From IMG/VR virus record IMGVR_UViG_3300025141_012093, positions 4,421 through 68,420 of that record: DNA of 64,000 bases; one strand, 5' to 3'. The DNA is from a virus. A program made the translations under genes and the position numbers. The notes under the pieces were generated by a model. The model saw only the letters and a program-made list of their open reading frames with translations, had not been told where the DNA came from and searched no databases. Of the stretch, positions 50,509 to 59,615 are shown one piece after another. Numbering within the stretch: the stretch's first letter is position 1; the number at the start of each line of letters is the position of its first letter.

Positions 50509-51261
50509 ATGAGAGTCTCGTTAATCATATTTTTTCTTTCTATAATATTTAGCTCCTGTAGTAAGAATAATGACAATAATTTTATAAATGCTCGTGATTC
50601 ATTTGTAAATGTAATAATTGAAGAAAAGGTTACGATATGCGATGAGGGCGCCTGTTATCAAAGAACTTTTAAGGCGTCAAGTAGTGGCGTAGTTGTTATG
50701 TTTAAAAATAACAAGGTGGTTCTAACAGCAGGACATTCCTGCACTCCAAAAGATCCTAAAGAGATGCAAAAGCATGTTGATGGTGACATAAAGATCGAGG
50801 TTGCAATGTATGGGTATGATATCCACAAGATGAAGCATCTTTTTGAAGTTGAGAAAATCGACATCGGAGAAGATATATGTGTTTTATCTGCTAACACGCT
50901 TTGGCAAGATGCTGTTCCGGTGGCTACTAAAATCCCGAAATACAATGAGAAGCTTTATAATTTTGCTGCTCCTCACGGTATTTTTACAAACCATATGGTT
51001 CCATTATTAACTGGATATTATGTAGGACAAAGAAGCGAAATGGCCGCTTTCACGATACCAGCAGCAGCAGGTTCTTCGGGATCTATGATACTGAACAAGA
51101 AGGGGCAATTAGTGGGGATGATCCATTCAGTTCATAGTGAATTTAATCATTTTGCACTGTCACCTACTCTAGTTTCTTTAAAATATTTTTTAGAAATCAG
51201 TAACAAAGAAAGAGTAGACTATTTTATTCAAAACATAGAATCATCAAGCATACTTCCGTAG
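50509..51261 (+). CDS. Trypsin-like serine protease, predicted lipoprotein
   Basis: Lipobox FSSC; LTAGH, D, GSSGS triad motifs. Confidence 0.82.
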   Translation: MRVSLIIFFLSIIFSSCSKNNDNNFINARDSFVNVIIEEKVTICDEGACYQRTFKASSSGVVVMFKNNKVVLTAGHSCTPKDPKEMQKHVDGDIKIEVAMYGYDIHKMKHLFEVEKIDIGEDICVLSANTLWQDAVPVATKIPKYNEKLYNFAAPHGIFTNHMVPLLTGYYVGQRSEMAAFTIPAAAGSSGSMILNKKGQLVGMIHSVHSEFNHFALSPTLVSLKYFLEISNKERVDYFIQNIESSSILP

Positions 51262-51566
51262 TCTTGGCGGCCAAGGCGGGAATCAAGCACTTTTTGATAA
51301 GATTGATAAAGAGCAGATAACCTACGGCCAGCGTCGATGGGTCCGTCGTATTGCCTTTTTAATTCGTACTCATCTTCTTGGAGAGGAGGGAAAGACGGTT
51401 TAAGTTCCCAACGGCCTGATAGCGATTGTTCTACGGTTCCAATCGAGCGGCCATCTACTATAATTTCAGTTTTGTAAGAATCTATTTTAGTAAACTTGGT
51501 AACTGTTTTATCTTTCTTTTTCTTCTTAAGATAAGAGTCCAACATTTGCTTACTTTTCTTTTTCAT
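51228..51566 (-). CDS. Hypothetical protein
   Basis: 112-aa ORF coupled to the upstream gene. Confidence 0.55.
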   Translation of the reverse strand: MKKKSKQMLDSYLKKKKKDKTVTKFTKIDSYKTEIIVDGRSIGTVEQSLSGRWELKPSFPPLQEDEYELKRQYDGPIDAGRRLSALYQSYQKVLDSRLGRQDYGSMLDDSMF

Positions 51567-51996
51567 TTTCCGTGTTTCCTATGGCCATCGCGACGATTTC
51601 TCCAGCAGATGGTTGAAAATTCTTGCCTAAAAAGAAGAGCATTCCTATGCCAAGTTCTTTGCATACTTCAACTTCGGGAGTGTTATCGATGGTGCGGCCA
51701 CCGCCGTTTCCAAAAAAGTCCGGTTTTAATTCTCTAAGAGTTGTGCAAACAGTTCCATCTTCATCTTCAGCGGGCACGACGCTAACGACGCCAGGGATTT
51801 GCATAAGAATGCTTCTCCTTTTTCTAAAAGGAAGGAAGTTTTTGCCGTCCCATCTTCTTTCAGCGCACCATTTATCGCTATTAAGAATTATAACCACATC
51901 TCCCAATTCAGTTGCTTCTTGAATCATTGCTATCTGTCCTCTGGTTGGCGGATCAAAGCCTCCGCTTAGGACAATAGTTGGTTGTTTCACATCCAT
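51550..51996 (-). CDS. Cytidylyltransferase-like protein (TagD/RfaE-type)
   Basis: SGGFDP, LNSD, PDFFGNGG.R...NTPE; HxGH is altered to TRGQ. Confidence 0.8.
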   Translation of the reverse strand: MDVKQPTIVLSGGFDPPTRGQIAMIQEATELGDVVIILNSDKWCAERRWDGKNFLPFRKRRSILMQIPGVVSVVPAEDEDGTVCTTLRELKPDFFGNGGGRTIDNTPEVEVCKELGIGMLFFLGKNFQPSAGEIVAMAIGNTENEKEK

Positions 51997-52054
51997 TTTG
52001 GTTTTCTACCTCTAGTTACATATAGCCAATAACATTAAAAGGATACCACAAATC

Positions 52055-52954
52055 ATGCTAAAATTTAAAATGTATTTATTCAGCTTAGTCAGTTTATTGT
52101 TCCTTGTTTCCTGCTCATCTTGCAGTCACATCCCTATCAAAAGTCAGTACAAGTTAGGCGATTTGATCAATATCGATTCAATGGTTAAAGTTGAATCGGT
52201 ATATATTATTGAGCACTGTATTGGTGAAAGTTGTAATACATATAAAATGATGTCTACTTCTTCAGGATCGGCTGTTGCTAAATCTGAAGGCGGCAAATAC
52301 ATTTTAACAACAGGCCATACTTGCAATCCTGCATTTGGCGTCCCTTATGGACTTACAAACGTCAAGGTCACGCAACACACATTTGTTGTTGACTCAGAGG
52401 GCAAGAGGCACGCTACAGTAACTGTTGATTTTGATCAATCACAAGATGTGTGTATACTGCACTCTAAAACCTTGGATGTGCCGCTATTGCCAATTGCTTG
52501 GGATGATGCGCCAGATGTGGGAGACAAAGTATATAATTTTGCCGCTTCCCTTGGTGTATTTGGAGAAAAAACAATCCCTGTTCTTGAAGGAAGATATTCC
52601 GGTAAATATTGGGGGATGTCTCTGTACACAATTCCTACTATTGGAGGAAGCTCAGGGTCACCGATATTCGATGTTCGTGGCAGATTAATTGGTATGATTC
52701 ACTCGGTACATAGTCGATATCATCATTTGTCGTTTGGGCCGAGGCACAAGGACCTAATGAAATATATTAAAATGAACACTTCTCACAATGTTCCAAGAGG
52801 CATTCGAACTGAGTGGACAGATATTCCTGAAAAGAAATCAAAGAAGATTTATCTTGATGAAGTAGGGCTTAAAAAATACCTAGACAAAATTAAAACTCAA
52901 GAATGTGATTGCGAAGGTCCTGAGTGTTTATCTAAATGTATTAACTTTAAGTAA
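52055..52954 (+). CDS. Trypsin-like serine protease, predicted lipoprotein (paralog of 50509-51261)
   Basis: Lipobox LVSC; LTTGH, DVC, GGSSGSP. Confidence 0.85.
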   Translation: MLKFKMYLFSLVSLLFLVSCSSCSHIPIKSQYKLGDLINIDSMVKVESVYIIEHCIGESCNTYKMMSTSSGSAVAKSEGGKYILTTGHTCNPAFGVPYGLTNVKVTQHTFVVDSEGKRHATVTVDFDQSQDVCILHSKTLDVPLLPIAWDDAPDVGDKVYNFAASLGVFGEKTIPVLEGRYSGKYWGMSLYTIPTIGGSSGSPIFDVRGRLIGMIHSVHSRYHHLSFGPRHKDLMKYIKMNTSHNVPRGIRTEWTDIPEKKSKKIYLDEVGLKKYLDKIKTQECDCEGPECLSKCINFK

Positions 52955-53579
52955 CGATCTCATCTACAAGGCCATATTTTAAACACGTTTTGGCATTCCA
53001 CCATAAATCGTGCTTAAGCATTTTAGCAAGTTCTTTTTGAGGAATTTTGGTATGCTTCATATAGATATCTTTAATGGTTTTCATTAAGAGTTCATTATTA
53101 GTCATATCATCCTTTAGTTCCTCATACTTACCCCAGGCCCCAGCAGATAGTTGATGTATAAGCATAAAAGAGTGCTCGTGTATCATTCGATGCTCACCCA
53201 CAACGCTCATCATTGTTGCTGCTGATGCGGCACAACCATCAATGACAGTTGTGACCGGGACTTCCGATGTCCTAATATAATCAACGGCTGAAAAGCCAGC
53301 AAAAACGCTACCTCCATAGGAATTGATATGAAGGTATAAATCTCCAATAGCTGTGGATTGTAGAGCATTCGCTTTATTCAACATATTGATTTCTAGATTC
53401 TTTAAAGACTTATTCAAAGCAAGAATTTTAGGACGAGTAACTTCTGAGTAAAAATATATTCTATTGTTAGCTGAAGTTACTTGATCTTTTTCTGAGTTAC
53501 CACCAGCTTCATCTCCCCCTCGGGTGGCATTGGGTTGTTCGTCCGAATCTACTTCGGAAATCCACTTAGTTGAAATCAT
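52947..53579 (-). CDS. clpP: ClpP-like protease subunit
   Basis: HINSYGGSV, GCAASAAT, LIHQ, YGLVDEI. Confidence 0.9.
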   Translation of the reverse strand: MISTKWISEVDSDEQPNATRGGDEAGGNSEKDQVTSANNRIYFYSEVTRPKILALNKSLKNLEINMLNKANALQSTAIGDLYLHINSYGGSVFAGFSAVDYIRTSEVPVTTVIDGCAASAATMMSVVGEHRMIHEHSFMLIHQLSAGAWGKYEELKDDMTNNELLMKTIKDIYMKHTKIPQKELAKMLKHDLWWNAKTCLKYGLVDEIVT

Positions 53580-53588
53580 CTTATTCCT

Positions 53589-53747
53589 TTATTTCTTTTT
53601 TAGTTCAGTAACGATTTTAGTCATATCAGATTCGATCTTTCGAACGACATTAGCAAGCTCGCTTTGCAAAGCTACCATTTCATCACGCAAACTACTGATT
53701 CGTGTAGAAATGTGATTTACTTTTTCTTCAAGTTTCTTTGTAGACAT
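53589..53747 (-). CDS. Small coiled-coil hypothetical protein
   Basis: True start MSTKKL after SD AAGGAG; the track start lies inside the tRNA. Confidence 0.65.
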   Translation of the reverse strand: MSTKKLEEKVNHISTRISSLRDEMVALQSELANVVRKIESDMTKIVTELKKK

Positions 53748-53763
53748 TTTATCTCCTTTTTTT

Positions 53764-53830
<67 letters not shown>

Positions 53831-53840
<10 letters not shown>

Positions 53841-54592
53841 GTATACTCATTCAGAAGCAACACTTTCCAAGTATCTCTCCAGCTTTTAACGTTAGTAATC
53901 TGATGTCGATACTTTGATTGTTTTATTGCAGAAGCAAGGGCAAAGTCGTTTCCTCCAGGCTCAGTTCGGTCACCAAAAAAATTGATGACCGTGTTATCAC
54001 AGATCATATCATTAGATTCCAGATATGTTAAGACTTGAGATTTATCTTTGCCAGGATTAAAGATATCAATGCTAATCTCGCCTCCGACTACGGCAGTAAT
54101 CTTATCTTCATATTTGGTATTTAAAACTGATGTAAACAACCTTCTTTCACTTTCTTTCTTATCAAATAAAGAATATTCTTTACGATCCTCTTGAGTGGCG
54201 TTGCGACCGACGACGGAAAAATTAATCATCCCTATGCGGTCTTCAATGTGATTCCCACGACGCTTAGGATATTTTGAAGAAAGAATCTTTTCTTTTAAAT
54301 CTTCTCGGAGGCCATCAGGCTCAACAAAATCGTTTTGATAGATTTGCTTTCCATATTGATAGAAACAATTGCCCATACAAGTAAAGACGCCGTGGACAGT
54401 TTTAAGGACACTTTCGGGTAATTGGGCCTTAATCTTCTCAAAATCGCTCCCAGAAGCAAGATAAACTTGATGTTTTGAGGCAAATTCTGTAAAGAATGAA
54501 GCAAAATTTGGATGTACAAGCTGACGAGGTGGGGTAAGAGTCCCATCAACGTCAAAGATGTATATTTCTTTTATTTTAGCGGTTGAATTCAT
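53831..54592 (-). CDS. Eukaryote-type phosphomannomutase (PMM2/Sec53-like, HAD IIB)
   Basis: FDVDGTLTPPR, IEDRIGMINFSVVGR, GGEISIDIF, FFGDRTEPGGND. Confidence 0.88.
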
Positions 54593-54770
54593 TTAATAAC
54601 ACCAAGTTCTCTTTGCACCAGTCAAAAGTCTGGACTCTGACATCTCCTACCTCCTTGTAAAATAAGGTAGCGTTCTTCTTGCGATAATCTACGTTCATCA
54701 AGACAACACGCTGAGTTGGAGTGTTTTTACAATAATATTCACGCAGGGGTTTTAGATCCTCGTCTATCAT
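54576..54770 (-). CDS. Hypothetical protein
   Basis: 64-aa ORF in a packed operon. Confidence 0.55.
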   Translation of the reverse strand: MIDEDLKPLREYYCKNTPTQRVVLMNVDYRKKNATLFYKEVGDVRVQTFDWCKENLVLLNEFNR

Positions 54771-54771
54771 T

Positions 54772-54957
54772 TTAACCTAACAAAAGCTTAAGTTGCTTTT
54801 CGTCAATCTTGACTGCGCGGCCTTTCGCTTTTCCTTGCTCTTGTAAAATTTCTTCGTGTTGAAGTTCAGCAAGAAATGGATATTTTTCAAATACTTGCTT
54901 CAGCGTTAAATTTTGGGCTGCTTGTATTTCTTTTATTTTTTCGGTTATTATTCCCAT
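54772..54957 (-). CDS. Hypothetical protein
   Basis: 61-aa ORF with SD AAGGAG. Confidence 0.55.
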   Translation of the reverse strand: MGIITEKIKEIQAAQNLTLKQVFEKYPFLAELQHEEILQEQGKAKGRAVKIDEKQLKLLLG

Positions 54958-55183
54958 TTTTAGTCTCCTTGGTAGTAAAAGCAGGGTCCTTGCGATATTT
55001 CACAATAAAGCGGCCATCGGCCTTTCGCTTTACCTTGGTCTGCATATTTTCTTGTTTCTTCTTTACCCACTCTTCTTTTAATTTTTCAACTCTGGTCAGA
55101 GCTTCCAAATGTGTAGAACAAACATTGTCATTTGTCCACTTTGGGCCTGGTTTTATTTTAGTTGTCGTAGTTTCTTCGCTCAT
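54887..55183 (-). CDS. Hypothetical basic protein
   Basis: 98-aa ORF with SD GGAG; overlaps next gene by ~70 nt. Confidence 0.55.
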   Translation of the reverse strand: MSEETTTTKIKPGPKWTNDNVCSTHLEALTRVEKLKEEWVKKKQENMQTKVKRKADGRFIVKYRKDPAFTTKETKNGNNNRKNKRNTSSPKFNAEASI

Positions 55184-55195
55184 TTAAAACTCCAA

Positions 55196-55459
55196 TTATA
55201 ATATAAATTCGTTAAAATCAATTTTCTTCTTCATAGCCAGTTGAACAAGTTCATACTGAGTTGCTTCTTTGTTGAATTTGATTTTTCTTCTTTTCAATTC
55301 TTTTTTTAAGCACGCTCTTTCTTCAAAGGATGAAAAAAGTCCCTTATGAACAAGAAGCCCGATAAGGTCTCGTCGCTTAATCTGCTTTTTCTTTAATAAG
55401 TTATTGTCTTGTCCAAGAAAGTGTTTAGACTCTTCTAAAATTTGATCTTTAGTAAGCAT
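55196..55459 (-). CDS. Hypothetical basic protein
   Basis: 87-aa ORF with SD AGAGG. Confidence 0.55.
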   Translation of the reverse strand: MLTKDQILEESKHFLGQDNNLLKKKQIKRRDLIGLLVHKGLFSSFEERACLKKELKRRKIKFNKEATQYELVQLAMKKKIDFNEFIL

Positions 55460-55474
55460 TGTTACCTCTTTGAA

Positions 55475-55663
55475 TTATTTACAGTCATTGATACAAGGGC
55501 ATTCTTGTTCAGCATTACTTGGCTTGTCTTGATCACCGTACCATCTTTTTTCAACAGCATCTCTTTGACATTCTTGGTATGAGATAGCCACTCCCAAGAA
55601 CATCAAGATTATACTACATATGAAACCAAGTTTTAATAGTTTATCTTTTGTTTCCCATTTCAT
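55475..55663 (-). CDS. Small single-pass membrane protein
   Basis: Hydrophobic helix LGFICSIILMFLGVAI; SD AAGGAG. Confidence 0.55.
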   Translation of the reverse strand: MKWETKDKLLKLGFICSIILMFLGVAISYQECQRDAVEKRWYGDQDKPSNAEQECPCINDCK

Positions 55664-55680
55664 AGCATTTATCTCCTTTA

Positions 55681-55708
55681 ATATTAGTCATAATTAGACT
55701 AAAGTCAA
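55681..55708 (-). promoter_or_regulatory. Sigma70-like promoter TTGACT-N16-TAATAT overlapped by inverted repeat TTAGTC-N7-GACTAA
   Basis: Read directly in the intergenic spacer. Confidence 0.45.
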
Positions 55709-55709
55709 G

Positions 55710-56180
55710 CTATTTCGAATGTTTATCGGCAATAGAACTAGCAGCAAAGGCATCTGGCTTGACCTTACACTCGAAGCCGACACCTCTGGCATAACCAATA
55801 AGCATATCAGCATATGAGCTTGTTTTGGCTTTCTTGTCTGAGGAAGATATATCTAAATGTATTTCAATGTTTGCTTCTGGGCATTCGTTGTGCAGCCTCA
55901 AAGACAGTTGAACTGATTTTTCGACTTCCAATGTGATTCGCTCCAGAATTGTTGGAAACTTGTAAGCATTGAATCTTGTTTTTTTAAAAAAATAACGACC
56001 TCCAGTCTGACTCTCTGCTCCGTGCAAGCATATAACTGTCGAAAAAATACATTCTCTTCGTTCTACGTGACTGTCAGTCCCAATGAATATTGTCCCTCTA
56101 TTTTGAGTGTGTATGCGAGCAAACTTCAAGATTTCGTGATAAGTTATTTCAGGTCCAGATCCGCAGTACCAATCCGACAC
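55710..56180 (-). CDS. RNase H-like YkuK (DUF458) family protein
   Basis: IGTDS, RI..EV..S, EIHLDI, KPDAFAASSIAD. Confidence 0.85.
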   Translation of the reverse strand: MSDWYCGSGPEITYHEILKFARIHTQNRGTIFIGTDSHVERRECIFSTVICLHGAESQTGGRYFFKKTRFNAYKFPTILERITLEVEKSVQLSLRLHNECPEANIEIHLDISSSDKKAKTSSYADMLIGYARGVGFECKVKPDAFAASSIADKHSK

Positions 56181-56536
56181 TATTTGGCTCCTGAGATAAC
56201 TTCTAAATTCTCACAGAACTCCCATCGTGTAAAAGTCTTCTGGCCATAATTCCATCTGACTTCTACGATATATCGAACATTATCATACACACCCACAACT
56301 CCATATGCTGTGATTACACGCTTAGGTTCGTTAAGCACGATGCCGTGATACTTCTTCAAAGTCAGCTTGTGCTTCAAACAAACAAGGTTTCCAGTAGCGA
56401 TATGTGTAGGTGTAAGGTCGTTCCACAAATAGGGAATGATGTGATCAGTCAAAAAAGAATCAAAACGAAAATAGGCCCTATAATACAGGTTACGTACTTT
56501 TTCTTTTACTTTTTTTATGGGTTGGCTTAGATTCAT
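56180..56536 (-). CDS. Hypothetical protein
   Basis: True start MNLSQP just downstream of tRNA-Asn. Confidence 0.55.
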   Translation of the reverse strand: MNLSQPIKKVKEKVRNLYYRAYFRFDSFLTDHIIPYLWNDLTPTHIATGNLVCLKHKLTLKKYHGIVLNEPKRVITAYGVVGVYDNVRYIVEVRWNYGQKTFTRWEFCENLEVISGAK

Positions 56537-56551
56537 ATTTTTTTGACCTGA

Positions 56552-56624
56552 CTGTGGAGGCAGGTCTCGAACCTGCAACCCCCTGGTTAACAGCCAGGTG
56601 TACTACCAGTTGTACTACTCCACA
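56552..56624 (-). tRNA. tRNA-Asn (anticodon GTT), CCA not encoded
   Basis: TGTGGAG...GTAC D-stem...CCTGG-CTGTTAA-CCAGG...GCAGG-TTCGAGA-CCTGC-CTCCACA-G. Confidence 0.92.
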
Positions 56625-56638
56625 CTAAGAAACATCTG

Positions 56639-56667
56639 ATTATAACTAGTAGAGGTGCTGAAGTCAA
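56639..56667 (-). promoter_or_regulatory. Near-consensus sigma70 promoter TTGACT-N17-TATAAT driving tRNA-Asn
   Basis: Read directly; -10 box ends 14 nt upstream of the tRNA. Confidence 0.75.
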
Positions 56668-56669
56668 TA

Positions 56670-56796
56670 AAGAAATATTTCTTACTGAGTAAGTTCTTAG
56701 AAGAATTAGAGAATTAATTTATATTAAAAATAAGAATTTACTTACTTAAAGAAATATGTTATTATTTATATATCTTAAGATAAGTTATTAAAAATA
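56670..56796. other. Very AT-rich non-coding tract with several palindromes
   Basis: AAGAAATATTTCTT (56670-56683), CTTACT-G-AGTAAG (56681-56693), TATCTTAAGATA (56771-56782). Confidence 0.6.
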
Positions 56797-57162
56797 TTAA
56801 GTTTTATTAAAATATTCTTTAATTCTAAACTTCTTAATTAATTGAAGAAATTCAATTCTAGATAAACCTAAGAAACTAGCTGCTTCTCCATTAGTTCTAG
56901 CAGCACTATAGACATATTTTAATACTGCATCTTTAGCAATATTAGGTAAGTCTTGCCAAATCTTTAGTCCATAGAGATTATTGTTAACTGATCTTGCAGC
57001 TAACTCTAACTTCAAACCAATTATATCTTCCAAGGTAAGATTAGAAAGCATAATTTCAAATTCGTCGTTAGATTTAGCTTGATTTTTAAGTTTGTTGGAG
57101 ATAGAATAGTATTGGCCTTCTTTCTTCTTGGGGTTATATCGAACCCTCTTCTTGTACCACAT
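56797..57162 (-). CDS. Putative DNA-binding protein with C-terminal Fis-like HTH
   Basis: TNGEAASFLGLSRIEFLQLIKKF. Confidence 0.6.
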   Translation of the reverse strand: MWYKKRVRYNPKKKEGQYYSISNKLKNQAKSNDEFEIMLSNLTLEDIIGLKLELAARSVNNNLYGLKIWQDLPNIAKDAVLKYVYSAARTNGEAASFLGLSRIEFLQLIKKFRIKEYFNKT

Positions 57163-57977
57163 TACAGGCCTAATTCATCTTCTAGACGTTCATCATCTAT
57201 TTCAACTTCTTCACTACCAGTGTCATCTAATTCGGTTTCTTGTCCGAGTTCTTCATCGCCACCTTCATCTGGAATAATATCAGGAACTTCAGGAACAGCT
57301 TCAAGTTCAGTCTCAAACTTATCAAAATACAAATCAAGATTTTTTAACAAATAATCAAAAAATAGGTCTTGGTCTTGGTCATCAGAAAGAACATCATATG
57401 CGTCAACAATTTGATTTTCAACTTTCTTAAAAGCTTCAAATGCAACATTGCGGCCAGTTAAATTCTGTCCTTCAACTCCAAAATCTTCTCTCTCGTCAGG
57501 TTCTTCAACCTCTTCAGGTTCTTCTTTATCGTCTTCAATGTCAATAAAAGCGGGATCAGGATCATCAGAAACATTAATATCAATTTGTTCCTCAAGTTCA
57601 GTGTCCTCTTCGGCGTCCATTTTGTTTAGTTCTACTGGTTTAAGAGACTTCTCAGCGGCAGCTAAAATATGGGCACGAAAACTATTGCGTTGTTCTACGC
57701 TAGTTGTAAGTTTTTTGTAATCATCTTCCAAAGAAGGAATGATCTTTTTAAGCAAATCTTCAAGAACGTTAATACCAGTAGATCTTTCAGGAGATACTTC
57801 AACATCCGGTACACCAACTTCTGTGATAAGTTTCCTGATTTGGTTCCTCAGTTGTTTCTCTTCATTGAGGGATTCAACAATTTTTTGTTTCTCTTCCGTA
57901 AAGAGATCTCTAATCCCCTCACGAATAACTTTTCTTAATTTTAGTTCTTCATAGAACTCGTGTCGATCAAAATTCAT
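57162..57977 (-). CDS. Highly acidic hypothetical protein (possible scaffold/head-associated)
   Basis: 271 aa, Glu/Asp-rich, LRKVIRE repeats. Confidence 0.6.
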   Translation of the reverse strand: MNFDRHEFYEELKLRKVIREGIRDLFTEEKQKIVESLNEEKQLRNQIRKLITEVGVPDVEVSPERSTGINVLEDLLKKIIPSLEDDYKKLTTSVEQRNSFRAHILAAAEKSLKPVELNKMDAEEDTELEEQIDINVSDDPDPAFIDIEDDKEEPEEVEEPDEREDFGVEGQNLTGRNVAFEAFKKVENQIVDAYDVLSDDQDQDLFFDYLLKNLDLYFDKFETELEAVPEVPDIIPDEGGDEELGQETELDDTGSEEVEIDDERLEDELGL

Positions 57978-58331
57978 CTACTGGTTCTCCTTGTTAAGCA
58001 GCGTGTCCAAGATCATTTCAGCCAGCGCTTCTTTGTCAATTTTCTTTTTTTTCTTCTTCTTCTTAGGTTCTACGGGCAAAATCTTAGGTTCTACGGGCAA
58101 AAAGCTGGTGCTTTTGCCTTTCATATCTGTTGCATTTGCAGTGTCGCGGTGAGGGTTATCAGACTCTTTTTTAACTACCCTTAAGGGGGCGCTAAAGCCG
58201 CCATTGCTTCCCCCTGAGCCTGAAGAAGTTTCTTTTTTAACGTGTTTGTTAGAGCACGCTTCTTCATATAGCTCTTTTTGGAGCTTGTAATGTTCTTCTT
58301 CTATCATTTGTTTTATTTGATCAATAGTCAT
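57978..58331 (-). CDS. Hypothetical protein with poly-Lys tract
   Basis: 117 aa; PVEPKILPVEPKKKKKKK. Confidence 0.55.
   Translation of the reverse strand: MTIDQIKQMIEEEHYKLQKELYEEACSNKHVKKETSSGSGGSNGGFSAPLRVVKKESDNPHRDTANATDMKGKSTSFLPVEPKILPVEPKKKKKKKKIDKEALAEMILDTLLNKENQ
58061..58102. repeat. Exact 21-bp in-frame tandem duplication (TCTTAGGTTCTACGGGCAAAA x2)
   Basis: Seen directly; encodes the repeated LPVEPK. Confidence 0.85.
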
Positions 58332-58352
58332 TATAACATAACCCTCTAAATA

Positions 58353-58362
58353 TTAAATAGTT
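58353..58362 (-). promoter_or_regulatory. Candidate late-promoter motif AACTATTTAA
   Basis: Recurring motif upstream of 58331. Confidence 0.45.
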
Positions 58363-58365
58363 CTT

Positions 58366-59163
58366 TTAACCTTTAGTCACTTGATAAATGGAGTTTCTTT
58401 GTCTCAAAAAAGCTGGACCTGGAATGGCCGTAGCAAATGGTAGCTGCTGGACATTTCTGTCTTTTTGATTAACTCCAACCTCAGAAGCTCTAATAACAAA
58501 GTCTTCGCCCACAGGATATTCATTTCCTCTTTTATCGATAAACCAAGGTTTATTAACAGTAATATAAGGTACATTAACTTCCGATGACCCTTGAGCGTTG
58601 ACATATCTTGATGTTGCACCTGGAGACGAATTTAAATAATCGTTATCATATTCCACCCAGGCTATCGTTATGTAACGTTTTGTTATCAAGTGATATTTTA
58701 TAAGTTGGTCATTAGTCAGCGGAATATGATTCCATCCAGCGGAAGTAATATTGTAAGGAGAACCGGTCATATACACAGCGCCAACAGAGAACTGGACTGA
58801 GTTCCACGCATTACTTGCAGTCCAACCACTCCAAGGATTTGCAAAATTGGTATAGTCTACGCTAATAGCTACAGTTTTCAAAGAAGCAACTCCAACAAAA
58901 GCGGACACATAAAAACTTGCTACAACTGACCCGTCGATTCGACTAAGATTTTCTGGTACTTCAAATTGTAAGAATCCTCTTTGAAGGCGATAAGCGCCTG
59001 CATATTTAAGACCAATACTCAACTGTCCTATAGAGTCACCTGTGGCTGCACCGCTTCTCGCATCAGCCCAAGACATAGCTACCCCTTCAGCAAAGCCAGT
59101 TTGATTAGTAATCATAGTCTTTACAAAAGGCTGTCCTATACCGCTAATTGGATAATTGGCCAT
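58366..59163 (-). CDS. Putative virion structural protein (DNRLRE-like beta-rich)
   Basis: QRGFLQFE, AGWNHIPL, PYITV; Ser/Gly/aromatic-rich. Confidence 0.45.
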   Translation of the reverse strand: MANYPISGIGQPFVKTMITNQTGFAEGVAMSWADARSGAATGDSIGQLSIGLKYAGAYRLQRGFLQFEVPENLSRIDGSVVASFYVSAFVGVASLKTVAISVDYTNFANPWSGWTASNAWNSVQFSVGAVYMTGSPYNITSAGWNHIPLTNDQLIKYHLITKRYITIAWVEYDNDYLNSSPGATSRYVNAQGSSEVNVPYITVNKPWFIDKRGNEYPVGEDFVIRASEVGVNQKDRNVQQLPFATAIPGPAFLRQRNSIYQVTKG

Positions 59164-59615
59164 TATTTACACCACTCTTTAACCAGCTTTTCATAAAGCT
59201 GTTCGGTTTTGATGCCATCTTCATAATCACGAAAGGTTATATTTCCTATAAGATAGGCTTCTTCTTCCATTTTTCTTAAATGTTCATCTGTTTGTGCATA
59301 GCCTTCTTGGGTTGTAAAATCACCATCAAACTCACCACGGCAGTTTTGAGTGTGATGCACCAACTCGTGAGACAAAGATCGAAGTAAATCTTTGTGATGT
59401 CGGCCATCAACATAAAGCACAATCTTCATTTCAGAAGGCGAGTAGTGAGCGGTCTTTCCGAAGTCTTTTTCAGAGTTTTCTTTGTCGGAATGAAGCTCAA
59501 CCACGACAGGCTTATTAAAACCAAGTCTTTCTTGAGAGAAAGGAAAAAATTCCTTAATCATTCTTTCAAGCCTTGTTAATACAACGCCAGATTTATTGTT
59601 TACGGAACATTTCAT
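59163..59615 (-). CDS. Small HExxH metallopeptidase-like protein
   Basis: LRSLSHELVHHTQ...MEEEAY. Confidence 0.7.
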   Translation of the reverse strand: MKCSVNNKSGVVLTRLERMIKEFFPFSQERLGFNKPVVVELHSDKENSEKDFGKTAHYSPSEMKIVLYVDGRHHKDLLRSLSHELVHHTQNCRGEFDGDFTTQEGYAQTDEHLRKMEEEAYLIGNITFRDYEDGIKTEQLYEKLVKEWCK

